Assembly: GCA_030141605.1 (NCBI GenBank)
Contig: JAQGDQ010000004.1
Location: 186,001-250,000 of the forward strand
DNA from: Tubiluchus corallicola
Lineage: Eukaryota; Animalia; Priapulida
Length of the DNA stretch: 64,000 bases
Reading direction: 5' to 3'
The notes under the pieces are model-generated. The model did not search any database. It saw only the letters and a list, made by a program, of their open reading frames with translations, and was not told the origin of the DNA. Position numbers and translations under genes: made by a program. Numbering within the stretch: position 1 is the first letter of the stretch; each line of letters opens with the position of its first letter. This document shows, piece after piece, positions 27,578-42,084 of this stretch.

Positions 27578-30053
27578 TGTTGGAATACTCCTGCAGGGAC
27601 TGCAGATGGATAATACTGGGAAAGGTGACATCTATAGGAAGCAGTGTAAAATGTCATTATCAGTATTGTTATTTTGCCTAAAGAAAGTTTTCTGTTATGA
27701 TATGGAGATACATTAATGATGCTCATGACTTGCTTAATGTGCAGTACTGCTTTGATAGATCAAAATGGTCAGCGACAGTTTTTGATGTTGAGGCAATTAA
27801 TCAACAACAAATGTTATCTGATTTTGGTTATTGATGAGTCTGTGACCAAGCTGTTCAATTTTGCAACAGAAACTGATATCTGGTGCTCTTTGTCTCTTAT
27901 ATGTGTACTTACAGTTGACTCACAAGTGCTGTTTACCATTTTTGCTAATGATTCGCATTTTTGGTAACTTAAAAGTACAAGCCTAGAAACCAGTCCACCC
28001 ACATAACAACCACAGCAGGATAAATAACTAATAATTCAAGTAATTAAACTGACTGTTCTGAGTTCTGACAGCCATATATGTCAGGTTCCATTATTTGGTC
28101 ATACTTGTCAGAAATTAACTGCCATCTCATAATTTAGCTCAAGTTATCAGCAATAAATTTACCACCTGCTGAATGACTTATCATAGTTTTTACCGTCCAT
28201 TCATGTCTACCTGGCAAAGCTCCAATCAAACTGTAAATCGTAAGTGCGGCTTGACGTTGTGCAATTGTGATAGCATGGTATGATAACTGCCAAATATTCC
28301 CCCATCATCTCCTTAATCATGAGAAGACTACATGTGCCTAGATCTTAATAAATTTATGATCGTCTTTGTTATGTGTATTATAGTTGTGAAGAAAAATTGT
28401 TTATTCCAATCATGTATTGTCTTAATATGCATTTATCATTGTTTGTTTGATGAGTTTTCCTTACTCATATTTCATTTTTAGTCTTTTTAGTCTGGAAGTA
28501 AGCTTGCTCAACCTTTGTTTTCTGTGTGAGGTGGAAAACGATTCCATAAACACTGTGATCTCATTTTTGTTGTGTTGTGTTATGTAGACTACTCAATGTC
28601 GTATGTTGCATAATAATTAATTTACCAACTCATATTTTTGCCAGGGTTTTAATTCTAAAGCAGTAGTGACTTAAAATAGAAAAGATAAAAGTTGAAGGTT
28701 TAAAAATAACTAGTCATTTTAGTGCTGCACATAGTCAAAAATTGTAATTTTTGTACTGCATTCCAATTTCCATATTGCAGTTAAAAGCAGCTGTTATTTT
28801 TTAACTGAATCCTTTATCAGTGAAGTACGGTGAACTTGTGTAAATACCCAACTCTTAAAATTTTTTATGCTTCCGTTTTTTATAATTATTGAACTACAAT
28901 TCTCACCGTAACTCATGCATCTTAAAAAATGTTTTATCGGCCTAAGAAATCTCTAGACATTATTAATTAATGATGATTTGGATAATGATTATATGCCAAA
29001 AAAACTAAATCAGAAATTCTAAAATTTAGAACAAATGGAATCGAACCATGATCTTATTTTTAATGGTTTTTCTAACCTGCTAAAAGCTGTTAAGTCTATG
29101 TCAATCCAAGGGCATATTGCTGTAACTTAAGAGGGCACGAGCTTAAATTGCTTTGATATTTTTTGGAAATAGGTGGTCCCACATGCTTTAGTGCACTGTG
29201 TAATCTGAAAGTGGCTCCTCTTTACAATATGCCTTATTGTTGGGTAAGTTATACTGCGAATAGTGTTCTACAAATATTTTGTCTAGTCTATACTAGTCTG
29301 TAATGTTTAGTACTTTAATAAATATTGTTTTTTATTGAATTGCTGTTAAGTATTATATTAGCGTCAGTTTATCGCTAAATTTTACAGGTAATAAAAACAG
29401 GAATTTTATGCACAAATATAATAAATCATAAATTCAATTTTACAGCTCTCCCAGTGAAATGTAATAATTATTGGCTGTGAAAGTTATGGTGTTTAAGTGT
29501 GCTGTTACACCACCTGCTTTTGACGGGATCTAACATTCAGTGCCAGAGCTGGCAGGAACTACTTAATGTGGATTGTGGTGGAACTGGAATTTAACATATT
29601 GTCAAAGCTAATTATGTAAGATGACAATGAATTGGCAGAGGTGTCTCAGCACTTTCAGATGCCATTGTCTCCTCCTCAAACGTTGTGAAGAGCAAGAATC
29701 TGTAGTGACAAATGCAACATCCCAGAATGAGCGTTGAACTATCCATTAACTGACTAGGACTCGGCATTTCTCAGTTTCTGTCATTAACCACACACTGTGA
29801 CAGCTGTCTACTTTTTTCTTGCTCCCAAAATTTAATGATTTTATTCTTTAAAGAAATAATTAACACCTCTGATGTTTTATCTTTCTTGTCAATGAGTTGC
29901 CTAATTTACAACAGCACTGGTTTTACTATCTAGCCTACATACATGCATACACAATTCTTGTGCCGCCATTTACAAAAGTTCTAACTACTACTGAATTAAT
30001 AAAACCTGCGTCAAAAGCTTTATTATCTAGTGGCCTTTATTTAATGTTTTACC

Positions 30054-30081
30054 GTGTGTGTGTGTGTGTGTGCGTGTGTGT
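30054..30081. repeat. (TG)n microsatellite
   Basis: Visible directly. Confidence 0.9.
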
Positions 30082-33000
30082 CTATGCAAAATGATAGTTT
30101 AGAGTAAGAAACTGTGTTCCTTTAAAGTTTAAAGCTATAACAAATTAAACGTTTTGTTTAATCAAACTTATTAAACGCTTAAACGAAAATCAACATCGTA
30201 ATGCAATAACTGGCAAAACAAGTTTTTGAGCGGATAGCTACAGCTCGGGCAGCACCTGAAGTATGTAACTACGTTCCGCAAAGTTCATCGTTCGGCGTAC
30301 AGAACAAACACCATAAACCAACCCATATCTTGCTTCATTATCTTATGAAGCTTTGAAGGTTGGGCAGGAATGTATGTACGGAATTTATATTGTATTCTGC
30401 CTAAGCGAGTATAAGGTACAGGTAAAGGTAAAGTTATAGCTGTAGGATGTAGGTTCAGTCAATTGTCACAAGATCGACTACAGTGGGTCACTGACTCGCT
30501 GTCACCCACGCATTCACGTTTTTGACTTGAACATCCAGCGTGAGTCCGTGTCTTGACTCGTGACTTTTCATGCACCAAATGTGTTTAAATCGTAGGAGCT
30601 TGATGCCTGTTTCTAACGTACAACTATCTAGAACATGTTACAAAGTACAACTACTTTTAATTGCGTAGCAATGTTGGAGTGAACACATAGATTCCTAATT
30701 GTAGAGAAGGCTTGTAGGGCACATCAAAGAGCATGTGATGATGTGAATTATTTTATGTATTATTATCTGAGTTGTCCATTTTTATTTTTCCCTTCATCAT
30801 CACCTGTGCGACATTTCTTTACTATTTGTCTGCATTTCTCTTTTCACAGCGTTAAGACTACATGTATCAAAATGAAAATGTGTGTAAAGGCGCAGCCTAG
30901 ATCAACGGTAAAAAAACGTAAAGGTTAACAAATTCTGATTGAAAATTATTTTTTGCGCAAAATGTTAATAGTTAGTAAAAATATTTTCAATGCGTCTGCA
31001 TTAATAGAAAGAAGAGAATTCGTATAATCCTAGTGTAAAGTCACAGTGGTTGCTACCACTAGTGTGCGAGACGGAAGTTTGGGGTTGCCTCCCAAGGTAA
31101 ATGAATTGTACGTTTTCAGGGCAAAAGCTGCTTATTTTCAGAACAGACAGCCAAGACAATTCTAATGTAAAATTCTAAATTTAAGATTTTAATATTCAAA
31201 AAGTGCACCACCTATTTTTACTGGCTACAATTAAAGTGTTTGTTTATAATTGCACAGCGAATTGTTTTTAACTTTTAATAATTTTAAAGTTAATAATAGT
31301 ACGCGCTATTATTAAGTGTATACTTTATACATTTTTTAAGTACATGTTTGTCAATGTACCTTTGGATCACAAATACTCATCCAATACAGTGATCATGAAA
31401 GGCCATATTTAGTCAAATATTAATTTAATCATTTAATAATTACTAACTAATTAGATTAATTTTTTATAATTAATTTAGAACCTGAAACAATCCTTGGGCA
31501 ATCAATCATTTATAATCTTAATTTGAAGAGTCAGTAACGATGGAATTAACTCACAAATGTTACATTTTTAAACTAAAAGTCAAAATACGTTTTCTCATAA
31601 CCTCCGAAAATGCCTGTATATCATATTATCTTAACAGAAGGTTTAGATATGGTTTTAAGGTGTTGCTTGACACAAAGATTCTGAGCAATGGAACTATAAC
31701 CATGTGCTTGATTAATTTTATGTACTTTTTTAGTTAAAAGTGTATTTACATTCGAATAATTAAGTTTACGTTCTACATGGTATTAACAACAGTTCTTTAT
31801 TATTTTCGGTAAATTTAGTGAACTTATGTTCACAGGCAACAGTTTTTCATTTTAATTTTTAGTTGGTCCAAAGTAGAAAGCGAAACGATTTGGTCGAAAA
31901 AACAATCCAAAAGCCATCACCTTTCTTTACAACTGTCAGACTATTATAGTAAACAACAATGGGTGTCACAAAATTCTGTCATTTCGAGCACCTGTGCTGT
32001 CTGTTGAACAGGTGCGAAGGCTATAAAGCTCGTCTGTCAGTTTTATGTGAGCTGCCGAAGTCAAACATATTTCCCGCCAATAGCGTTCATATAAAAGGGA
32101 AGGAAAGGTAATTTTAAAATACGTCTCAAAAAACTTTCCATACTTAGCATCACGCTTAGCTGGTTGAAAGACTTATTGTAACTGGAAAAAAATATTAATT
32201 TAAAATATTCGTGACACCTGGTAAAGTCATCTAGTGTGAACAACTGATTCACCAAAAAAGTACATTACTCCTCTTATTGATAACATGAAGTAATTTATAC
32301 TTTTGCTCAATTAATCTGAGCAACTACTAAGGGTGTGCTACTAATGTTGTGATTATTTTTCAGACTCTGCGCAATGTAATTTAAACTTATTTCAACGACT
32401 TGCCGTTAAAATGGCTGCGCCTAACGGTCATCGAAGTTTAAATCTACAAGATGTATACAGCGCTACTATTAACGTAAGCCCTGTATCCAATAAGACAGCA
32501 TGTAGGCCAAGTGATAAAAATTTTCATGACAAACTTTTCAACTTTATGAAGAGTGTTTTCTTGTGCTTTGAAACCTTCTTTTTGTACATTACAGACTTAC
32601 ACAAGCCGGCGTATTTTTATTTTGTATTAGTTTCGAGTAATCGAATGATGAATTTTTTAAAAAATATATAATAGTAATACTTTTATAGCAGTATAATAGT
32701 AATAATAATAATAGTCATTTTCCCCATGTAATCACAAACCTTATATGGTCGCCCCACTTCATTTGTTACGTCAGTGCAGTGCTTTATATCAAGATTCTGC
32801 TTGTTACAGTTAAATTATGTGTTCTGGCTTTTTTAATTGGATGTAAATTTAAGTAACAATTCGCATGTAGTATGATCTGTATTCTTGAATTAAAATAAGT
32901 GCAGAGACATTGATCTTGAAGTTTTGGTGGAAAGCGTGCAAAGCCACGTACTTTAAGATACAGACTGCATTAATATACGCATTGTATACGACACCGCCCT

Positions 33001-36000
33001 AGGAACTGAACCCAGAACATTTAGTGTTCAGGACAGGCTTGCTAAATAAAAATATTGCACCACCGGATGACCCCGCAACAAGTGCACGTCTAACCAGTTT
33101 CATGAGGTCATTCAATGCCTGGCTTCAGTTTCTGATGAGGAACACCAGTTCTTTTTCTGTTGACCTCATAGTAATAGGTAACTCTTCTGCGCAGCAGTAG
33201 CTATAAAATCCGCAAATTCACAGGTGATAAATAACTAAGTCAGTCTAGATGTACAGACACTGGGCTTCAATAGGCCAAAAAGCGGATTAGTTCCAAATAT
33301 CTGTCCTCCAGAGTAGGAAGCAAATACAGTGGAGTAAGGCTTTATATCTAACTTAGAGAGACTATTTGAAGGAAAATAAAGTCATCCGGTGTAAGTTACG
33401 AATTTGTACAAGTTGCAAAATGAACGTTTTAACAACAGCATAGCATGCATGTATTGTATGTAATACATAGACTTACATAAACAGTCACGCTTAGCATTAG
33501 ACATTATTTAGCAATAATGTAGGCCTGTCATAGATTACCATAACAATTAATGATGCTCTCGGCTTTTGATAAAAAGCTTTTGTTTTCACTTCACATTGGC
33601 GCATACAATAAGTGAAACTTGTAAAATAGTGGCGCAACTTTTGATAAAATTAATCCTGTCAAACATTAAAAATTAAAAAAAATTGGTAAATCACTGTCAT
33701 AGTAATGACTAATGTTTGTTGGGTTACTGCTACCTTTACCTCTCTTGAAGTCACATATATTATGCGGCTTATTTATGTCTGCTCAATATTGCTGAAACCG
33801 TGAAATAAGTTCTCATTTAATTTTGCAGTAGTGTTAAGTAGAATTGCAGTTCCGTGTTCGGCATCGAATGTTTTTGGAATGAAGGGGCCTCGAAGGCACA
33901 AACTCGACTACATTGTTAATGGCTGATGCAATGTAATCTTGACTGATGTAAACTCCATTGGTCTGCGGAATTGGGATAAATGGTAACTTAGGAATTATAT
34001 TGTCAATTGCTTGGTTTGCTTCTTCCCACCAAAATAATCAAGCAACGAAGTTTGGTTGTTAAAAATTCGTTGATTTTTTATTAATATATCGAGCTGTATC
34101 CTGTTTTCAGGATCACAATAAACATTGCTGAAAAACAAGAAAATTTGTAGTGTTAAAATATCTGTTTTTTAGTAATGTTTTTATCCGGAAGATGGGAAAA
34201 ATCCCGAAAGATTTAACGAATAATTATTTTTAACACACACAACTCCGTTGTTTGATTGTTTTTGGTTGGAAGAAGCAATTGACAGTAGAACCACGAAATT
34301 AAACAACACAAAGCCTATTGTATAAAGCAGGCTAGTGCCTTACTTTTGAACTCTGGCATAGAGCTTTTCAATAACCTTGTATAAGTTTATATACACTTTG
34401 CACAACACTGTTTACCAGCAAAGTCCACTTAGTTCAGCTTTGCTTCGCCGCATGTTTCTTGTGAAATATAATTTCATCGAGAACGTTTCTGAGTGTTATA
34501 AAGTTGTAAAATAAAAACTACTGTAAATACAAATTACTCAGACGACAATGCCCTAAGTACACGGGATTCGGGCTTAACTTGGGCAATGATTTGTAACTTG
34601 AGAATACGAATTCAAACAGTGAAGGCTACAATAATCATTGCTTTTTATAAGATCTACAAGCATAAACATATTAATGATATCTATACATTATTTATACATA
34701 TTTCATACTGTTGTAGTGACATAATGGCATTCGCTTCTAAGTGCAGTACTTAATTTTTTACACCAAACAGTGCACAACACTAAAACTTCATAAAAGATGA
34801 AATGAATTCCGTTCTAGTCTACATTCTGTATTAAGTCTACATTTAGCAAAAACAGTAATTATAAATGGAAACACATCCTATATACCACGTAATTCTACAA
34901 ATATAAATGACACATTTAACTTAGAACGTTGCAAGTAAACACCGAATTTTCTCAGCAAACATACATGGGAGTCTGGCTGAGAATTACATAGTGGTTCTAG
35001 GCTAGATAGGTCCTATATATGCGAAACTATAAGGTTATGTGTATATATAACACAAGCTACCCCGTATAAGCAAGCCTATTAAGCCACCTAATGACAGAAC
35101 ACAAATGTACACAGAATACAATTCGACGTGCCAAGAGAAATAATTTCGCACACAACATTAATAAACAGCACAATTTAACTTTATTAGAAAACTATATGCA
35201 CACAAACTATATCTACCTTGCTACAAGCATTACCTTCCTGAAAGCAGCGAAAACCACTATTATGCAATCGGTAAACATGCACCAGAACTAATACATTTTA
35301 ATTGTTAGAACAGTAACTGAGTCCATTAAACTAGCAGTCATCTGGCAATGTTCCGGCTCTCTTCTTTTTATATTCGACTGAAACAGTGGGGTCGATCATT
35401 TTCTCACCATTGATGAGTGTGGATCTAGTCATGATTATTCAAACACATGGACTCAGAAGCACACACATCAACAGTAAATCTTGTCACGGTTGTGTGATGC
35501 AGAAGTTTGGAAAAAATCCGGGTCGTAGTTGATGTACGTGTTCAAACGCCATGCAGCTCATATATACTTGTTGCTCCTACAAACTTGGAACGCCGCCAAC
35601 GTTGCGAAAATACACGAAATTCCTTCATGACTTGATAACTATGCAGACGATTGAGATGTCTTGCGTTCGGTAAACTTCCGATAACTGCAAACAACCGAAA
35701 ATGTTGATTTCAGAAGGTTCTAAAAGCAGTTCTCGCTGTATTTTCAACGCGGTAATAGAATAGATTAAAACCTCAGAGAAAACGAAAAAAATGCGCGCAT
35801 CGTTTCAAGAATCTTCGTCCAAAAGCTGCCTGCCACACCTATCTTATCTCACCAAACAGGCTACCAAACAGAATAGCGCCCAAATGCAGTCAGTTGAAAC
35901 CGTGCCTGTTCAAAGAATGAAATGACGCCACTGCGCATGTCCACGATGACTTTTACCCGCGGAATAGCAGCGAAGCAGGTCACGGATATTTGCATCACAA

Positions 36001-36327
36001 ACGCTTCGAATTTTAAAATGTCCAACTAGCGTGAAGAAGCAACCTGACGTCCATGCTGGTCTACTGTAGAGCGTAGATTACTAAGACTAGCATCCATCAT
36101 CGTTCTCACCCGAACTTGACCCTATCACTTGCACTCGATGCATGCTTTGTAACGTCCCTTTAAAGTAGCCTAACTTTTCAGTTAATTCGGGGTAATTTGA
36201 CTAATTTCCTTAAATATTAGTCAAATTTCAAATCGATTTAACTTATCACGATAAACAAATGTATGAAATCTAATTGAACTTGAACTCCCCAAAGTTACAA
36301 TTACAAAGGAACGAAAATTGTCACAAA

Positions 36328-36758
36328 CAGGGTAGGATATTTAGGGGGCTTAAGGGGCCTTTGCCCCAACTCCCTGCCAGAGGGGCCCCAGGCTAAAAAA
36401 TTGACTAATGTCTTCAGAAGCGTTCTTATACCAGGAACCTGTTCTCGACTTGCTGTAGGGTATACTGTTACGCATTTTTATCAAGTGTGATTCATTTTAA
36501 ACTTTTTTTACTGATCGTGAATAGAAACATGTAGGCCTAAACTGAACTTTAATATTTTTGGCTCTGCTGTTATTTGAAGTGATTACAATAATAGCTTATA
36601 CAGCAGTATAAAAGAAGAAAACATAGCTAACCTATTTTTTCGAAGAAATGCGATTTATCATTCATTTTAGTTCATTTCTCATTAGCCATGTAATTTTTAT
36701 GTTGAGTGTCACCCCATCTTGAAGTGCCCCAAGCCCCCAAGGTCTAAGTCCGGCCCTG
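36328..36758. mobile_element. hAT-like MITE
   Basis: Ends CAGGG...CCCTG with GC-rich subterminal GGGGCCCC motifs; flanks GTCACAAA and GTTACTAA match at 6/8 (degenerate 8-bp TSD). Confidence 0.6.
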
Positions 36759-38029
36759 GTTACTAAACACCTTACGCATAATCTAATTTCTTTTCAATAT
36801 GATTATGGACGAAGTAACAGCGTGTCATAATTATGTGCAACAATTCACGCAATTTGTTGATTAACTTTGTTGATATTCATAATTTTACTGTTGTTATGCT
36901 AATTTGCTATTTCAGTAACATACAAAACTTAATAAGTTAGCCGAATTCTATATAATAACAACGGAGACTTTTTAATTTAGAAACGCACAGTAACTAGATT
37001 TTCATGAATTTCAATCGATTAATAAATTTCATTTTAATGCTTGACTCCCCTGTTTAAGGAAAACTTGAAAAGGCATGTAACCTCACTTTATGTAGTTAAG
37101 GCCAAGAAAACTGGCTTAAGCTTTCGCTGCAATCATAAACTGTTGCTGATTAACCAATAGGCTATTAAGGCTGTAGCCCTAGGCCCACAGACTAGAGTAG
37201 GCACTCGAGCCCAGAGATTGACAACAAACCTGAACAAAAAAACGATGACAGATTAAATCGGAATAGAAATTTGATCTCTGAAATAAATTCTTTTGTATTT
37301 TTAATACAGACTTAAGGCTACATTTTCAAAATAAATTTTAAGCAATGCCTATGCTAATGACTTAAAAACAAAACTATTACAGTGGTGGCCTGTGCCTTTG
37401 ACATTAAGCCAACAAAAAGGGCCAAAGAATTACTTTCAAATGTACTCTGCAATCAAGATTCAAGATTTCATGATTGTTTATTTCGCATTAACACAAATGC
37501 AATGAATACATTAAAAGAAACAAAATGCTTTCAATAATTCAATGGGTAACAAAGAGTAAGATACATACTAAAAAGAAAATTTTGAAAAAAATAATAATTA
37601 GATACTCCAACTTAACTGATTTATGTTGCAGGGCGTTAAAGAAGCCAAGCTTGTAAAAATGCCGTGACTGTAAAATTTCGAGCAATAGGATACGTTTAAA
37701 TAAAGAAAATGAGTGGTAAGGATGTGAACAAGTAAGTGAGGGTGAGCATTAATGATGATGGATGAAAGATGACGACATGATGAAATGGAAATAAAAATAC
37801 AAATAAAGAGACAATTATACAAAATAAGAATATACATTTGTTCAAGATTAAATGATAAATCAAGAGCGCAGACCATTCCTGCGAAGGTCGATGAAAATGG
37901 ACAATCGGAATGCCCAAGTTTGACCTTTTGGCTATATTTTGTGACCATCTAATTAGGTGTAATAATGTAATAAATTACGTATTAAAGATGTTGGTTTTTT
38001 TGAAATCTGTTTATACTAACACTTTGTTT

Positions 38030-38190
38030 TGTAGTGATGTCTACATATTCCAACATGAAAGGTAATAAATGTTTGGCGAAGCTGGTTTTCCAAAATGGAA
38101 TGCTGTATGTATTAAAACGAGTGTTATGAACTTTTTGTGCTAGAATTATAGAATTAGCAAAAATTTTTAGAAAAGCCTGTTATTCGTTTT
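38030..38190 (-). mobile_element. Possible highly degenerate LINE (L2/Crack-like) 3' remnant
   Basis: Minus strand KVHNTRFNTYSIPFWKTSFAK resembles the H-x-NTR...P...T motif at the end of L2-group ORF2. Confidence 0.35.
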
Positions 38191-41100
38191 ATACATGTAG
38201 ATAGCTAAAGCTAGTTAGTTTAAGTCGCTTTTAAGTCGTTTAAGTCGCACCAACAGTATACCGCATTCACGATATTATGTAAATGGCATTTCCGCTCGTT
38301 TAGATAGACTATAAATTAAACTTAAAGACTCTCGTTGTAATGCATTTAAGGGTGATACTTTTGTATAATAAATCGAACCCCATAAGTTAATACAACACGT
38401 TAAATAAAGCAACACAAGGCTATTATGCAGAGTTAGTAAGTGCGTTTTTGACAATCACTTATTATACCCAATTCCAAATAGGCGTGTCTACAACAATTTT
38501 AAAATGTTACCAGGATTGTAATGCATACTTTTAGGCTCCTGTTTCTTGACAGCTTTAGGCCATGATACCGTTAATCCGCCCATGATCATAAAATTCAAAA
38601 ATCTGATAGCTGCAACATTATAAAGCGGACAAAACAAAATAAGTCAAATGTGTATTTTAAATAAAATTCATAGTTACTTTGGTCTTCAATGTGTTGTTAC
38701 TAAGGTTAGTTTTCAAAACATTCTGTGATTAACATTTCGATTTGCGTTTATTATGCTGAGTAATGGCCATAATGTGTAATCAGCCAAATCTTATACTTAT
38801 AAATAAATTCGTGGAAACGAGAACAATCTGTTTACTACTTAATTAGTCTAACTTTTTCCAACTAACAATAAAAATGTACAAGAATTGATGAAATTCAAAA
38901 GACGACACTATTTTTGGCAAAACGCCAAGGATCGGACGTCCTACTAGCTGTAGGCTGTGTTCGCAGGCAGGTGGGTAATAATCACCCATCCCAACAATAG
39001 CGTAAACTATTTAGATGCAGAACACAGCCATTATATGACAGTCATTGACGGGATTTGCCACGTCATAACAATAGTCAGCAGTTGACTATACAGTTTAGTT
39101 ATTTTTATTGTCACAAAAATCATTCATATCTATTATATTATTCTAATAAACTAATCTAAGCCCGGGTTACGGTGCATACAGGTGGAGAAGGTCTCGGTGG
39201 GGCGGACTCGCCGTTTCACCTTGAAACTTAAGTGGTTAGAAAAACGCGCCTTTCCTCTGGGGGCCAGCAGCCTTGCCTGCTCTCTCAGGAAGATTTGGAT
39301 TAAAACCGGTTTAGTTAATAGCTTCTCTCGGTTCCCTTCGCATAGAATGCCAAAATTGTTCGGAATTTACCCATAAATGACCCAAGCCGTCTGGAAACCG
39401 GTTGTAGGTCCAAAGACCCCAAAATCTGATCCACTTAGGAATGGCGCCAATGATTCGCCATGCGCACAGGACATCTTCATAAACCGAACAATAGAAAAGA
39501 ATAGTTACTATTGTTCATGACTTGCACAAAATCAGAGAACCAAATCAGAAACTTTACAGCTATTGAAAGCATGACATTATAAGCTTATAGCTTGTGACAA
39601 TTTTCGGTAGTCATAACTTTACAAGGGTGGCTAAGATGGACAAATTAAAATTTCGAAAAGGACTTTGAATTCTGGTAAAAGTGTACTTTATCAGTGCAAT
39701 GACTGCTCTTGTTTTTGTATATTTACAGTTGAAAAATTTGCTACAAACAAACGTTGAAAGTATTTATCAAAGATTAGGGCACCCTTATTAAAAAAAGTGA
39801 AACCTACCCTATATCACCAAATCGTGCGAAAAGGAATCGTAATCTCGTCTTTTGTGGTTGTTGTTTATCCATTGAAGCTGGCTCTTTCGTATATTTGATT
39901 TGGCTGATGCTTTGAAAGAGTTTACACTTAACTTAAAGACAGTACGGGTTTATACAAAAAAAATTGAAATGTGCTAAGTAAACAGGGCAGAATCAGAATC
40001 GATCTATAGTTCAAATTTCAAAGCTTTTAGCCCTCATGCATTTTAGCAAGCATCATGCACCTGCAAATCAATTTCACGCATTTTAAATCAGGTAGTGAGG
40101 CTCCTTGTTTTTCGAAAATATAATAATTATTAGGTTGTAGTTATAAAATACTTTTATAAAAAGCTTAGTATAAATTTTCATAACTCGTTCTAATTTAGGC
40201 ACTGGTAATTGGGTAGCAGGTACTTCACCTCTTCGTCCATCACCGTGATCTTTGGTTGAGCCAGATTGCGTGCACATTTTTCCTTTCGGCTTGCTTGAAT
40301 TTTACATGTAAAGACTCAGGCTATAAGATGTTGTAAGAAAACAAGCGCCGCTGGGACGTTTTTCATAAAGGCCAGAGAAAAAGTTGTACCAGTTTCTGAC
40401 GTAAGGTTATGTTTTCATCTTTTTTATCAATCGCCTGTACTACACGTAAACCTAGTCAGAATGTTGGATTCATTTGGTTACATGTTCCATGCTGCCATGC
40501 AGTATTTGTTACTATCACGGACCTAAAATTTTTATAGCCCTTAAATGAATTTGATCTATCCTATTTTAGGCTGTAATTTAGGATACAAAAGTAGCATGAG
40601 ACTGCAATGTCAATCTGGATAATGCGCATTGGTAAATACAGCCCTATTCCCTAGTAATTCTGCTATTCTTTCTTTGTTCAGCAAAGCCGTGCATGATCTA
40701 CTTTATATTGTCCATTAGCGCTGAACTCGGGTTGGCTGCCCACCGTTTTACCAAAAATTCTAAAATCAAAGATCATGGTATTAAGCAAACAATTGTTTAC
40801 AACCTTGAACTGCCTTCTGTGCACTCAGCTTGGCTTATTTGTGGAGAAGAAGCCGCAGAGAGAATCCTGATTCCTCGAATTGCAGCCCATGGAAACTTTT
40901 CAGTAAAATCTGTGAAACCAAACTAGATAAGCAGCTCCTCTGTTTCTTGTAAAGTGATTAACTTCTGCCAAATATGCAGGTGGTATCACTCTTTTCGCGT
41001 CTCTGGTAATGTGTCATCGGTTGGCCTTTTCACCAAGAACATGAGTGTAGTATGACTTTAGAACGCTTAAGCAGCACCATTTTAATACCTTTGATGTGTC

Positions 41101-41389
41101 TTAAACTTTTAATAATGAGGTCTGGCGCAATGGCCTACACCGTAAACTTCAATTGTGTGTGTCTGTTATACAATCGATCGCAATTTCAGACTGAAAGATG
41201 TTTTTGAGAGATAATTGTTTGTCTGGCTTGTTGTTTGACTGGTCAGTCAGTCAGCCAGCTAGTTGGTTCATTGGCTGATCAGTTAGTTAATTTGTTTGGT
41301 AAATAGGTATAGACAGATCGATAGCTTCATCAAGTCTTTTCATTTGACGTACTACAAGCCAATATTGCTCGACACTGGATGATTGATCG

Positions 41390-41550
41390 ATCGACTTCGG
41401 CTTTGGTCCTCTAACAGAAAATTTTCCCATACGCAAATGACCCACAGTCAGCCATGCGCAAAATCTAGATCCGACTTAATCGTATACTAACTTGTGGCCG
41501 TGGTTCAAAAACTGTAGGAGAAGATCCGGCCTAACGAAAAAAATAAGCTG
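41390..41550. repeat. Dispersed repeat, second copy at ~47345-47500
   Basis: Shared CGAYTTCGGYTTTGGT...TTTCCCAWACGCAAATGRCCCA...CAGCCRTGCGCAA...TCAAAAACTGTAGGAG...GCCTAAYGAAAA. Confidence 0.7.
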
Positions 41551-41974
41551 CGTGATCTTTTGACATGTGGGTCGCATGTAAAAATAAATCTCTACTACCC
41601 ATCATTAGTAATTAGTTTATTTTAATTTTCCCAAACACTTTCATGCACCAGCCACTTCTTATTAAAATTCGTTATTTTAATAAAATTTATTAAATTAAAC
41701 GTTTCATAGGTAAATTCATCATTAAGATTTTAGGTCTTCTCCAAAAGACAATGTAATTATACTCCAACAAATAAGAAGTCTCCAACAAAAATTCATGTTT
41801 CAAACATACGCAGCTTGGGAAAAAATACAAGATGTTTATTATTGTTATTATGTTTATTTGCATTATTAGTGGCATTTAAAAGTCACAATTACGCTCAAGC
41901 GAGCACCGGTTTAATAACCCTGCTATCAGTACATCTATCACCTGGTAGTTAAAGAGAGAAATAGACTTAGTGAG

Positions 41975-41987
41975 AAAAAGAGAGCGA

Positions 41988-42027
<40 letters not shown>

Positions 42028-42039
42028 GAGAGAGGGGGG

Positions 42040-42080
<41 letters not shown>
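41975..42080. repeat. (GA)n microsatellite / polypurine tract
   Basis: Visible directly. Confidence 0.95.

Positions 42081-42084
<4 letters not shown>

Noticed and set aside
29440-29800. Minus-strand small ORFs (MPSPSQLMDSSTLILGCCICHYRF..., MLDPVKSRW...), reminiscent of tarsal-less/pri peptides
   Set aside because: No LDPTGxY motif, no recognisable homology and no spliced gene model
33132-33160. Hammerhead ribozyme core (CTGATGA + GAAC/GTTC stem); also CTGAAGA at 47371
   Set aside because: The required GAAA after stem II is missing in both
40190-41050. Possible minus-strand exons (e.g. AYLVWFHRFY, tyrosinase-like)
   Set aside because: Frames are interrupted by stops and I could not build a coherent exon chain
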